Assembly: GCA_039630545.1 (NCBI GenBank)
Contig: JBCNUU010000001.1
Span: forward strand, 1-64,000
Length of the DNA stretch: 64,000 nt
From: Endomicrobiia bacterium
GTDB lineage: Bacteria; Elusimicrobiota; Endomicrobiia; DTEH01
Direction of reading: 5' to 3'
The position numbers and the translations under genes were made by a program. This document shows positions 50,324-60,620 of this stretch, piece after piece. How positions within the stretch are numbered: position 1 is the stretch's first letter; each line of letters begins with the position of its first letter. Under the pieces are notes generated by a model, which saw only the letters and a list, made by a program, of their open reading frames with translations, was not told the origin of the DNA and did not search any database.

Positions 50324-51829
50324 ATGAAAGTCTTATTTGCAAGTTTTGAATGTTCACCTTTTGCAAAAGTTGGAGGGTTGGCTGATGTAGTAGGCAGTTT
50401 ACCTTTATTTCTTAAAAAAGATAAAATTGATGTTAAAATAGTTTTGCCCTTGCATAAAATAATAGATTTAAAAAAATTTAAAATTAAAAATACAAACTTG
50501 AAGGTCTTAATCCCAGTGGGAGAAGAATATATAGAAGGTGTTATTTACAGAGGCAAGCTGGATAAAAGTATTGATGTATATTTTGTAGGAAATGAAAGAT
50601 TTTTTGGAAGAGATGAAATTTACGGCACAGCTTATGGAGATTATCATGACAATCATTTAAGGTTTATATTTTTTAGCAGAGCCGTGCTTGAAACAGCAAA
50701 AGCTGTGGATTTTAAACCAGACATAATTCACTGTCATGATATGCAGACAGCACTTGTTTGTGCGTATCTTAAAACTTTATATAGAATTGATGCTTTTTAT
50801 CAAAATACCAAAACTGTGTTTACAATTCACAATATTGCATATCAGGGATTATATGGACCCGAAGTGCATTTTATTGCAGGATTTCCAGCTTACGATTTTA
50901 TACCTGAGAAATTTGAATACTACGGACGTATAAACTTCCTGAAAGTAGGAATTGTATTTGCAGATTTTGTAACAACAGTCTCACCAACTTATGCTAAGAT
51001 GATTTCTACTCTTCATTCAGAAGGAAGAGGACTTGAAGGTGTTCTTGCAAGACGTGTTTCTGAAGGAAAGTTAATCGGAATTTTAAATGGAATTGATTAT
51101 AAAGAATGGCATCCTTCAACCGATGAGAACATAAAAGCAAATTATGATTTAGAAACAATAGAAAATAAAAAAATTTGTAAAGAAGATCTTCAAAAAACTT
51201 GTGGTTTACAGCTGAAAGATGTACCTTTATATGGAATGGTTTCAAGAATAGATCCTCTTAAAGGTTTTGATATCTTAACAGTTGCGATAGATAAATTTTT
51301 AACTACCTATGATGCACAGGTTATAATTTTAGGAAAAGGTTATAAAGATATTCAAAACGAACTTAAAAGAATAGAAAACAAATATCCAGATAAGCTTAAA
51401 TTATTTTTTGAATTTAATAATCCATTAGCTCATAAAATCTATGCCGGATGTGATTTTTTCTTGATGCCTTCTAATTCAGAACCATGTGGTTTAGGACAGA
51501 TGATAGCTATGACATATGGAACAATACCTATAGTTTATAAAACTGGGGGTTTAGCTGATACAGTAAAAAATTTTGATGAGAAAAGTTTCAATGGCAACGG
51601 TTTAGTTTTTGAACAATATTCAGAAGAAGCACTGTATGAAAAATTAACACAATCATATGAAATTTTTTACAAAAAAGATGTAATGAAAAAAATAATCTCA
51701 AATGCAATGAAAGAAAATTTCTCATGGAGTGAATCTTCAAAAAATTATGTAACTTTATATTCTCAACTTTCAGGTATTTTTCCTTCTAAAAAATCTAAAT
51801 CTTCCCAAAAGATAAGAAAGAAAAAATGA
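50324..51829 (+). CDS. glgA: Glycogen synthase
   Basis: KVGGLADV, HCHD, TIHNIAYQG, EPCGLGQ, TGGLADTV. Confidence 0.96.
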   Translation: MKVLFASFECSPFAKVGGLADVVGSLPLFLKKDKIDVKIVLPLHKIIDLKKFKIKNTNLKVLIPVGEEYIEGVIYRGKLDKSIDVYFVGNERFFGRDEIYGTAYGDYHDNHLRFIFFSRAVLETAKAVDFKPDIIHCHDMQTALVCAYLKTLYRIDAFYQNTKTVFTIHNIAYQGLYGPEVHFIAGFPAYDFIPEKFEYYGRINFLKVGIVFADFVTTVSPTYAKMISTLHSEGRGLEGVLARRVSEGKLIGILNGIDYKEWHPSTDENIKANYDLETIENKKICKEDLQKTCGLQLKDVPLYGMVSRIDPLKGFDILTVAIDKFLTTYDAQVIILGKGYKDIQNELKRIENKYPDKLKLFFEFNNPLAHKIYAGCDFFLMPSNSEPCGLGQMIAMTYGTIPIVYKTGGLADTVKNFDEKSFNGNGLVFEQYSEEALYEKLTQSYEIFYKKDVMKKIISNAMKENFSWSESSKNYVTLYSQLSGIFPSKKSKSSQKIRKKK

Positions 51830-53229
51830 AAGTTAAAATAATGTTTTTTTTGGTATTACTTTTTTTATCTTTAATAGCATTGGTAAATATAACATCTTTC
51901 TACGAATGGTATAAACATAAGCCCTTAGATATAATAATTGATGTAGATTATTTTTTTGAAAATGGAGTTTGTTTAGATAGACTTGTTGAATTTCTCAAAA
52001 AATTAAATATAGAAAAAATTGCTTTAGATGTCCAAAAAGTAGAAAATTTCCATAAAGAAACTGGTTTTTTTTTAATATTAAAATTTTCAAATAAAAAAAG
52101 ATATGAAAAAAAGTTTGTTTTTGATGTTCTTAATAATTATAGAGAAAGAATTTTTTCAATACTCTACTTAAATGAAGCACCAAGAAATTTTAGAAAAATT
52201 AAATATCCTTATAAAGAGATTTGCGAATTGTTTGATAAGAATTTAGTAAAACTTAATTTTGAAAATCCTTTATATTTTGATATCTTTTCTTTGTGTGAAG
52301 GGGATTTTGCTTTAAGAAGTTTTCTGTGTGATTTATCTATATATGAAGAGATTTCACTTATAAACCTAAAGATTAAAAAAGCAATCAAAGAAAGAAACTG
52401 TAGCATTATTTATATTCTTCCATCTGAATTTGCTGCTCCAGAAGAAAACTTAAAGATCATAGAAGAAATAGTTCAAAATATAAAAAATAATTATCGTTTT
52501 TCTTCAAATTTATCTAAATATTCTTCAGTAAACTTAGGTTTTAATAATGTTTTAGGGTTTTTTTTAGGGGTAGTGGTTCCCTTGCTGATATATAAAAAAG
52601 CGATAACCGAAATAGATGGCGTTAAACTTTTATATTTTAAAATTAACTTTCTTGTTCTGCTTACAGGAATATTAATTTGGGGTCTAATTCAGAATTACAA
52701 TTATATATCTTTAGAAGAAAAAATAAGTGGAATAAAAATTATGTTTGTTTTACCACTAATATTGGTGTGTTTTGTAGTTTTAAATAAAAAGGAACTAATT
52801 GCACTGCTTAGTTATCAGATTACAACAAAAGATTTTTTGTTTATTCTTTTATTTATTTTGTTTTTATTTTATTTGATATTAAGAACAGGTAATGTACCTG
52901 AAAGTTTTGTGTTATCTTTTGAAATAAAAATAAGACATCTAATAGAAAAAGCTATTTTGTTTAGACCAAGATTTAAAGAAATTTTTTTTACACATCCACT
53001 TTTGTTTTTAGCAATAAAATTAAATAAAGAAACTAAGAGTTTAAAAAATAAAATATTATTTTGTTTGAGTATATTATCTTCATCTTCTATAGTTAATACA
53101 TTTTTGCATGTGCACACACCTTTACATATTTGTATTTTAAGAACCATAACAGGTACGGTGGTAGGATTATTCTTTGGTTATATTTATTTTTTGATATATA
53201 GAGCCTTTAAAAAACTCAACTTTACTTAA
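51826..53229 (+). CDS. DUF5693-like membrane protein (CsaB-associated)
   Basis: RTGN, RPRFKEIFFTHP, SIVNTFLHVHTP C-terminal motifs; next to csaB. Confidence 0.7.
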   Translation: MKVKIMFFLVLLFLSLIALVNITSFYEWYKHKPLDIIIDVDYFFENGVCLDRLVEFLKKLNIEKIALDVQKVENFHKETGFFLILKFSNKKRYEKKFVFDVLNNYRERIFSILYLNEAPRNFRKIKYPYKEICELFDKNLVKLNFENPLYFDIFSLCEGDFALRSFLCDLSIYEEISLINLKIKKAIKERNCSIIYILPSEFAAPEENLKIIEEIVQNIKNNYRFSSNLSKYSSVNLGFNNVLGFFLGVVVPLLIYKKAITEIDGVKLLYFKINFLVLLTGILIWGLIQNYNYISLEEKISGIKIMFVLPLILVCFVVLNKKELIALLSYQITTKDFLFILLFILFLFYLILRTGNVPESFVLSFEIKIRHLIEKAILFRPRFKEIFFTHPLLFLAIKLNKETKSLKNKILFCLSILSSSSIVNTFLHVHTPLHICILRTITGTVVGLFFGYIYFLIYRAFKKLNFT

Positions 53230-54236
53230 TGAAAAAAATATTAATAGTAGGATATTTTGGTTTTGAGAATTTTGGAGACGAATGGTTATTGAAAAATCTG
53301 ACAGAGTTAATAAAGAAAACTTCTCTGAATAAGAAAAAAATTTATGTTCTTTATAATCTTAAAAGACATATAAAAATAAACGATGTACATTATATCCCAC
53401 GATGGAACCCTTTTTTGGTTTTAGAAACACTCATTAAAATTAATACTATAATTTATTGTGGAGGACTATTTCAGGATTATACGAGTTTATGGAGTTTTTT
53501 TTATTATTTGTTTATATTCTTATGTTCCAAGTTGTTTTTAAAGAAAATACTTCTTTTAAATACAGAATTTTCTTTTAAAAGAATACCATCTGTTTTTATT
53601 TACTTATTATGTGCTATCTCCGACATTGTAGTTTTTAGAAACAAAATAGAATTAAATAAAATAAAAAAGTATTTTAAATCCTCAAATAAGATATTGTTCA
53701 GTCCAGACATATGTTATTTTGAATCCGAAAATATAGATGTTATTGATGTTTTCAAAAAAGAATATAGTAAAATATGTTTAATACTTAAATCAGAACCAAA
53801 AGAATTAGAATTTCTTAAAAAATTTTGTAAGGAATTATCTAGAGAGAATAGATTAGTATTTTTCCCTCTGCATTTGAAACAGGACTATAAATTTTCTTTA
53901 GAAATAGCAAAAGGAATTAAAAATTGTGAAATAAGAATTTGGGATAAGGTAGAAAATTACAAAAACATTCTCGAAGATATAGACTTAATTATTACTTCAA
54001 GATTACATGGAATTATAATTAGTGATAGTTTAAAAATACCTTTTATATGTATTTCAACGCAAAATAAAATAAAAAATTTAATGTTGAGTATATATAATAA
54101 GGACTGCGTAGATATAGAAAATATTAATTTTGAAAAACTTAACGATTTAATAGTTGATCCCCTTAGATGTAATTTTAATTTTAAAAATGAAATAAATAAC
54201 ATGTTTAAATATCTAAGTAATTTAAATTATTTCTAA
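53229..54236 (+). CDS. csaB: Polysaccharide pyruvyl transferase CsaB-like
   Basis: GYFGFENFGDE, GGLFQDYTS, SRLHGII. Confidence 0.82.
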   Translation: MKKILIVGYFGFENFGDEWLLKNLTELIKKTSLNKKKIYVLYNLKRHIKINDVHYIPRWNPFLVLETLIKINTIIYCGGLFQDYTSLWSFFYYLFIFLCSKLFLKKILLLNTEFSFKRIPSVFIYLLCAISDIVVFRNKIELNKIKKYFKSSNKILFSPDICYFESENIDVIDVFKKEYSKICLILKSEPKELEFLKKFCKELSRENRLVFFPLHLKQDYKFSLEIAKGIKNCEIRIWDKVENYKNILEDIDLIITSRLHGIIISDSLKIPFICISTQNKIKNLMLSIYNKDCVDIENINFEKLNDLIVDPLRCNFNFKNEINNMFKYLSNLNYF

Positions 54237-54248
54237 CCGGGAGGAGAT

Positions 54249-54992
54249 ATGGAATTTTTAGAGAAAATAAATAAGTTTATAATTAATTTAATTATTTTGA
54301 TTTTGTTTTTTGGTATGTATGATGTTTATCTCTTAAGTAATTGGTTAGAAAAAAGATTGTTGGACAGATTTATAGTAGCTTTTACTCTTAAAGATGATAC
54401 GAATAAAGAGAAAATTATTGAAAGTATAAAGAGTATGTGCAACTTGTTAAAGATAAAAAAAATAACTTATCTGGATAAAAATCAGATATATGAGGAAGTA
54501 AAAGGTAATCCAGAAATAAAAACATTACTTAGTGTAATCATGGACAATCCATTTTCTGATACAATAAAAATAGAATTTTCAAATTATTTTGATGAAGAAG
54601 TTGAAAAAATTTTAAAATTAGATATGATATTTCCGAATGTTAAAGAAATAATTTACGATTATAATTTAAAAAGTTACTTAAAAAGATTTAAAAAAATTAA
54701 ATTATTATTTGAAAAAATAGCGATTTTATCAGGATTATTTTTAGGAATATTTGTGGTTTTTAATTTAGCTAGCAAAGGTAGTTATAAAATTTCTTTTAGT
54801 TTTGTCTTGTTTTGGAGTTTTATATATTTTGTTATGTTTTTTTTGAATATGAGATTTTTTAACAATTTTATCTCTTATGATTTAATTAAGTTAGACGATA
54901 TAAATATAATATTTCATGTTTGCCTATATGTTTTCTTTTTGAATTTATCTATTGAAAAAGAAGAAAAAACTTTTTTGCAGGAGATGAATTAA
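54249..54992 (+). CDS. Divergent FtsX-like membrane protein
   Basis: TM, extracellular domain with DNPFSD, further TMs; precedes envC-like gene. Confidence 0.55.
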   Translation: MEFLEKINKFIINLIILILFFGMYDVYLLSNWLEKRLLDRFIVAFTLKDDTNKEKIIESIKSMCNLLKIKKITYLDKNQIYEEVKGNPEIKTLLSVIMDNPFSDTIKIEFSNYFDEEVEKILKLDMIFPNVKEIIYDYNLKSYLKRFKKIKLLFEKIAILSGLFLGIFVVFNLASKGSYKISFSFVLFWSFIYFVMFFLNMRFFNNFISYDLIKLDDINIIFHVCLYVFFLNLSIEKEEKTFLQEMN

Positions 54993-54996
54993 ATTT

Positions 54997-56130
54997 ATGT
55001 TTTTATTTTTTAAAAAGTTTCTGATAGCATTTTTACTTTTTCTTTTTAATTTAAATTTTTTTGCTTCAGAGAAAATATCTCAAACACAACAAAAATTAAA
55101 TCATACAAAAGATATAATAAAACAGAAAAAAAAAGAAAAACAAATTTATATAGATAAGCAAAAAGAAATACAAGAAGATTTAAAAAAAATTGAACAAGAA
55201 ATTGAAAGCATAAACCATGAGAAAAAAGACATCGAGAAAAAAATCCATCAAACAAAAATAACAATATCGGCTTTAGAAACTAATCTTAAGCTGCTTGCAT
55301 CTGATGTTGATTTTTATTCTATGATATTAACTGCAGAGATAAAAAATTATATAGAAAGATATTATCTTATAAGAAAATTTTTTGAAGATAACTTTGATAG
55401 AAGACTAAAAAAAGACATATTTAAAGGATTTGTTAAACAAATAATAAAAATAAAAGAAACTTTGAATTACACTGAAGATTTAAAAAGGGAATATGAAAAA
55501 GAGAAAGAAAAATTAAATTTTCTAAATTATAAACTGGATGAGAAAAAAAGACAGCAGTTATCTTTATATAAGAAAAAAGGCGAGCTGCTTATGGAACTAA
55601 CAGCAAAACAAAAACAATTAGATAAAGAAATTGCAGAATTAAATAAGACTCAAAAAGAATTGGAAGTACTTTTAAAAAAGTTGTATAAAGAAGAAAAAGA
55701 AAGAAAAGCCAAATTACAAAAAATTCAAGTTCCAGAAAGAAAAATTGTCAGAATTGAAAAGAAGTTTATGAAACCGTTAGAAGGTGCCGTGATATGTAAA
55801 TTTGGTAAAACACAACTTGAAAAAGATGGTTATTGTGTTTTAAGAAACGGAATAATAATTCAAGGTATGTCAAACAGCGATGTGTTATGTGTTGATGATG
55901 GAAAAGTTTTGTTTATTTCAAATAATTTTAGAAGCTATGGTAAGATAGTAATAGTTGAACATAAAGATGAAATTCACACTGTTTATGGAAATCTTGGAAA
56001 GATACTGGTTTCAGAAGGGAACACAATAAGAAAATCAGCTCCTGTGGGTAAGACAGATAGTTCAGGACAGTTATATTTTGAGATTAGAAAAAATCTAATA
56101 CCTGTAGATCCAGAATTGTATTTGGAATAA
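54997..56130 (+). CDS. EnvC-like murein hydrolase activator (coiled coil + degenerate M23)
   Basis: Long coiled coil, then PLEG..FG, YGKIVIVEH, YGNL, LYFEIR; Zn ligands absent. Confidence 0.85.
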   Translation: MFLFFKKFLIAFLLFLFNLNFFASEKISQTQQKLNHTKDIIKQKKKEKQIYIDKQKEIQEDLKKIEQEIESINHEKKDIEKKIHQTKITISALETNLKLLASDVDFYSMILTAEIKNYIERYYLIRKFFEDNFDRRLKKDIFKGFVKQIIKIKETLNYTEDLKREYEKEKEKLNFLNYKLDEKKRQQLSLYKKKGELLMELTAKQKQLDKEIAELNKTQKELEVLLKKLYKEEKERKAKLQKIQVPERKIVRIEKKFMKPLEGAVICKFGKTQLEKDGYCVLRNGIIIQGMSNSDVLCVDDGKVLFISNNFRSYGKIVIVEHKDEIHTVYGNLGKILVSEGNTIRKSAPVGKTDSSGQLYFEIRKNLIPVDPELYLE

Positions 56131-56142
56131 AATCAAACTATT

Positions 56143-58893
56143 ATGAAACTTTTGATACTTTTATCTGGAGTTATTTTTATTTTAATAACACCTTTACATT
56201 GTTTTAAAACAGAAATTCTGAAATATAAAGTTTATAAAACAGATAATTTTGATATTTATTACCCACATGAAAGCCTTAATAGAATTATGCCAGAATTGGA
56301 GAATCTACTGGAGAAAATATTTATAGAAAATGAAGAATATTTTGAAATAAAATTTGACTACAAGATTCCATTTTTTATTTATTATGGATATCAACAATTT
56401 CTACAGAATACAATTGTAAATGTTACAGAATATACTGGAGGTGTTACAGAAGCCTTTAAAAATAGATTTTTAGTTCCTTATACTGGCAGCAAAAAATTTC
56501 TTCAACATGTAATAAATCATGAATTTATTCATGAGGTAGAATATAATGTGTTGTATTCTGGTATGTGGAGGACTCCTCTTATTCTTAAATCAATATTTTA
56601 TCCTAACTGGTTGATGGAGGGTCTTGCTGAATATAGATCAGCTTTGTTTACTAAGACATTACAAGAGATGATAGTAAGGGATATGGCGGTATCAAAAAAA
56701 CTTATTTCTCTTGAACATTTACATAACTTTTCTCATCTTAAACCTCATATGGTGCTGCCGGCTTATGAAGAGTCAGCAAAACTTATGGAGTTTATAGAAA
56801 AAGAATATGGAAGAAAAAAATTGATAAATTTACTGAAAGTTTACAGAGAGAAATTTGAAGCAAACAGCGTTTTAAACATTGTATTAGGTATAAACTTAAA
56901 GCGTCTTCAGCAGATATTTTTTGAAGAGATGTATACTCACTATGAATATGAAATTAAAAAAAAATCAATGGTTGACCTCGATAGTTCAAAAAAAATTTCC
57001 TCGGATAGCATTTATCCAGTTCATTACTATTTACCTGTGATATTTGAGAATAAAATTATTTATCTAGGTGATCCTGATGGAAAAGTAATGTTTTATGTAA
57101 ATTCTAATAATAAACAATCATTGTTAATTCCCAAAAGAGTAATAGAAAAAGAAGTGGATATAATTGAAACAGATTACACTCGGATATCTGTTTCTAAAGA
57201 TGGGTTGTTGTGTTTTGTAGGTATTAAAAACAATAAAAGTTATGTTTATCTTTACAATTTAAAAAGTAAAAAATTAAAAAAAATTGCTATAAAAGAACTT
57301 GATTTGATAATCAGTAGTTACATCACTTATGAAGGAGACAAAGTTTATATAGCTGGAATAAAAAATTGTGAAAACTTAATATGTAGATATGACTTAAAAA
57401 ATAAAACTGTTGAAATTTTAAAAAAAGATGATAACTTTATATCACAAATATCTGTTTCTAAAGATGCTAAAAAAATTCTTTATACAAAAGAACAACAATG
57501 TATTAAAAAGGAATATATCACATGGCAAAATGATATTTTTATGTATGATCTAGAAAGTTTTGAAGAAACAAGATTAACGCATACCTTATCTGACGAAAAT
57601 TTTGCTATTTATTTGGATGATAAAAAAATTCTTCTTATAAGTGATAATGATGAAGAATATGAAAAAAATTTTTACGGTGTAAAAAATTTATATCTGTTAT
57701 CATTAGATGAACCTACAAATTTTAAAAAAATAACAAATGTAATAGGTGGAATTATGGATTTCTCTGTTTCTTCTGATGACATAGTTTTGACTTATTATAG
57801 AAATTTCAATAGAACAATCTATAAATATTCATTAGAGGAGTTAACCGCACCGGATAAGCCAACTTTTACCCAGAAATCAGTTGGAGATTACATTTTCTCT
57901 AAAAAAGAACTCTCAGTTAGAAGATCAGTCCCATATAAGTTTTATTTTTCTACAGATTTATTTTTACCTTTTATTTACTATTCTTCTTATGAAGGATTAG
58001 TTATGTTGTTATACTGGCAGGGTTCAGATATGGTGGGTGAGCACAATGTTGCAGTTAGTTCTATAATGTTGGGTGAGAAAAATTATTCCTTTAATTTTGA
58101 TTATAGATTTTTAAAATTTCGTCCTGCATTTATCTTAAATGCTACAACTGAAAGTGCTTATAACTACTATAAGTCATCACTGGAAAAATACACATCTTTG
58201 ATTTCTGGTATATCTTATCCTGTAAATAAACATTCATATTTAGACTTTCTGATGGGATATATTTATTTTTCTTCTTTATATGAAAAAGAAAACACAGAAG
58301 AAGTTAAAAAAGAAAATGTTATATACATAGAATATTCACAGAACACCCTCATTGGTAAGTTTATAGAACCTTTAAGTGGTGAATATTTATCTTTATCTTT
58401 TCAGACTTCACACAAATTTATAGATAGCAATTATTTATACCAGATTTATAGAGGTTATTTTTTAAAATATTTTCATTTGGGAAAAGAACATAGGTTATTT
58501 GCTATTCTCCAATTTATAATAAGTACAGGTAGAGATAAAATAAGTTTTGATTTAGGAGGTCATGAGAGAATAAGTGGTATATGGTATGGAGAGAAAAAAT
58601 CTGAAGAGTTATATTTATCCAGAATAGGTTGGAGATTTCCTATAATTTATGATATAAATTATTATATGTGGTATCTTTTTCCAGATTTGTTTTTTAAAGG
58701 ATTATATGGTGAGATTTTTATAGATTCAGGTTGTGATAGAGAGTTGAAATTTTATAATTCTTTTGGTATAAAATTTAATCTTTATAGTTTTGTGATACAA
58801 AGCTATTTATTAAAATTTGAGTTAATATTTGCTTCCCAGCTTCAACAAAGAAGTCCCATACATACATATTTTTTTATTTCTGGAGGATTTTAA
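56143..58893 (+). CDS. Metallopeptidase (HExxH) + beta-propeller + probable Omp85-like barrel
   Basis: GGVTEAFKNR, NHEFIH, WLMEGLAEY; propeller-like repeats; aromatic-rich beta C-terminus ending in F. Confidence 0.72.
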   Translation: MKLLILLSGVIFILITPLHCFKTEILKYKVYKTDNFDIYYPHESLNRIMPELENLLEKIFIENEEYFEIKFDYKIPFFIYYGYQQFLQNTIVNVTEYTGGVTEAFKNRFLVPYTGSKKFLQHVINHEFIHEVEYNVLYSGMWRTPLILKSIFYPNWLMEGLAEYRSALFTKTLQEMIVRDMAVSKKLISLEHLHNFSHLKPHMVLPAYEESAKLMEFIEKEYGRKKLINLLKVYREKFEANSVLNIVLGINLKRLQQIFFEEMYTHYEYEIKKKSMVDLDSSKKISSDSIYPVHYYLPVIFENKIIYLGDPDGKVMFYVNSNNKQSLLIPKRVIEKEVDIIETDYTRISVSKDGLLCFVGIKNNKSYVYLYNLKSKKLKKIAIKELDLIISSYITYEGDKVYIAGIKNCENLICRYDLKNKTVEILKKDDNFISQISVSKDAKKILYTKEQQCIKKEYITWQNDIFMYDLESFEETRLTHTLSDENFAIYLDDKKILLISDNDEEYEKNFYGVKNLYLLSLDEPTNFKKITNVIGGIMDFSVSSDDIVLTYYRNFNRTIYKYSLEELTAPDKPTFTQKSVGDYIFSKKELSVRRSVPYKFYFSTDLFLPFIYYSSYEGLVMLLYWQGSDMVGEHNVAVSSIMLGEKNYSFNFDYRFLKFRPAFILNATTESAYNYYKSSLEKYTSLISGISYPVNKHSYLDFLMGYIYFSSLYEKENTEEVKKENVIYIEYSQNTLIGKFIEPLSGEYLSLSFQTSHKFIDSNYLYQIYRGYFLKYFHLGKEHRLFAILQFIISTGRDKISFDLGGHERISGIWYGEKKSEELYLSRIGWRFPIIYDINYYMWYLFPDLFFKGLYGEIFIDSGCDRELKFYNSFGIKFNLYSFVIQSYLLKFELIFASQLQQRSPIHTYFFISGGF

Positions 58894-58906
58894 ATTTTTT
58901 TATATA

Positions 58907-59905
58907 ATGGAAAAAATAATTGAAAAAATTATAGAAAAGCTTAAAAATAGAAAACTTCCTTTTTTTGTTTTGGGTTTGAGTATATTTTTATTTTTTTTAA
59001 TATTTAGTATAGCTTTTTATTATTTTATAGGTATGATTGTTCACTCAAAAAAAGAGGTTAAAGTTCCAGATATTACAGGAAAACCACTTCTGGAAGCGTT
59101 GGATATAGTTTCTAATGTAGGCCTTGGTTTAAAAAAAATAGGAGAAGTTTATAATCCTGATTACCCGGCAGCTACTGTGGTAGTGCAGCAACCCAGAGCT
59201 GGTATGAGTGTAAGGAAAGGAAGATTTGTTAATGTTATTTTGAGTTTAGGAGGAGAAAAGGTATTTGTGCCCAATATTATTGGAGAGGAAAGAAGAAAAG
59301 CAGAGGTACTTCTTAAACAATACGGATTATTTTTAGGTACAACAACATTTAAATATTCTCTAAAATATGAAAAAAATATAGTTATGAATCAAAATCCTCT
59401 ACCTGAAAGTATAGTTGAAAAGAATTCTTCTGTAGATATAGAAGTATCTTTAGGTTTACCTCCTCCTGGTATAGTTTTAATTCCTGATTTTACAAGTAAA
59501 ACTGTTGAAAATGTATATGATTGGACAGTAAGACATAATATAGAAGTAAAAATAGAGGAAAAAATCGTTGAAGAAGGAGAAGAGGGAATTGTGTTATCAC
59601 AAAATCCACCTCCTGATACTCAGATAATAATAAATGAACCCTTAGTTTTAGAAATAACTGTTTCAAAAACACAAAAAAAATCTCTTAAAGAAACTCATAA
59701 AGAAATTTATAATTTTGAGTATGAATTGCCGTTTATTGGAGAATCTTTAAAAGTAGTAAAAATAGTTCAAATAAGTGATGAAGGAGAGCATGTTTTATAT
59801 AACAAACCGACTTCTTCTAAACAGAAAATTTCTTTATATGTACCGCCCAGAAGAAATTCTAAATTAAGAATTTTTGTCGATGGTGTTTTAATAGATGAAA
59901 AATAA
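58907..59905 (+). CDS. Membrane-anchored PASTA-domain protein (three repeats)
   Basis: TM, VPDITG / VPNIIG / IPDFTS repeats with QxP motifs. Confidence 0.88.
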   Translation: MEKIIEKIIEKLKNRKLPFFVLGLSIFLFFLIFSIAFYYFIGMIVHSKKEVKVPDITGKPLLEALDIVSNVGLGLKKIGEVYNPDYPAATVVVQQPRAGMSVRKGRFVNVILSLGGEKVFVPNIIGEERRKAEVLLKQYGLFLGTTTFKYSLKYEKNIVMNQNPLPESIVEKNSSVDIEVSLGLPPPGIVLIPDFTSKTVENVYDWTVRHNIEVKIEEKIVEEGEEGIVLSQNPPPDTQIIINEPLVLEITVSKTQKKSLKETHKEIYNFEYELPFIGESLKVVKIVQISDEGEHVLYNKPTSSKQKISLYVPPRRNSKLRIFVDGVLIDEK

Positions 59906-60620
59906 CTTAAGAAAAATTCTTAACCCATTACCTACTATAGCTGTTTCATTACTTGATAGCGATTTGGCAAATTTAGCAACTATAACAAGGAAGCTTCAGA
60001 AAAATAAAGTAAAAATTTTTCATTTAGACATAATGGATGGACATTTTGTGCCTAATTTGACATTTGGACCTCCTTTAATAAAGTCTTTAAGAAATCATAC
60101 TAAGGTTTTTTTTAATGTTCATTTAATGATAGAAAATCCTCAAAATTATATCTCAGATTACATTAATGCAGGAGCTGATCTTATAGTTTTTCATTATGAG
60201 AGTGTTAAAAAAAGAATTATCAGTCAAATAATAGGAGATATCAAAAAATCTAAAATTTTTTGTGGGATCGCTATCAAACCAGCTACTCCCATAAAAGTTT
60301 TATTTCCATTTTTAAATATTATAGATTTAGTTTTAATAATGACAGTAGAGCCAGGTTTTGGAGGTCAAAAAATAATAAAAAGCTGTATCTCCAAAATTAG
60401 TTTGCTAAAAAACTATAAAGAAGCTAATAACTTAGATTTCATTATTTCTTGTGATGGAGGAATAAATGAGCATAATCTAAAAGAGATACTAGATTTAGGA
60501 TGCGAAATCCCCGTGATGGGACATGCGATTTTTAGTTCTTCTGATTATGTTAAAAAAGTAAAAATTTTACAGAGATTGACAAATAGTTTAAAATTTCATA
60601 AATATACTAAAAATGAATGA
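59895..60620 (+). CDS. rpe: Ribulose-phosphate 3-epimerase
   Basis: HLDIMDGHFVPNLTFG, VHLM, MTVEPGFGGQ, DGGI. Confidence 0.95.
   Translation: MKNNLRKILNPLPTIAVSLLDSDLANLATITRKLQKNKVKIFHLDIMDGHFVPNLTFGPPLIKSLRNHTKVFFNVHLMIENPQNYISDYINAGADLIVFHYESVKKRIISQIIGDIKKSKIFCGIAIKPATPIKVLFPFLNIIDLVLIMTVEPGFGGQKIIKSCISKISLLKNYKEANNLDFIISCDGGINEHNLKEILDLGCEIPVMGHAIFSSSDYVKKVKILQRLTNSLKFHKYTKNE

Noticed and set aside
54997..56130. Active M23 endopeptidase
   Set aside because: HxxxD and HxH zinc ligands are missing, which is normal for EnvC-type activators
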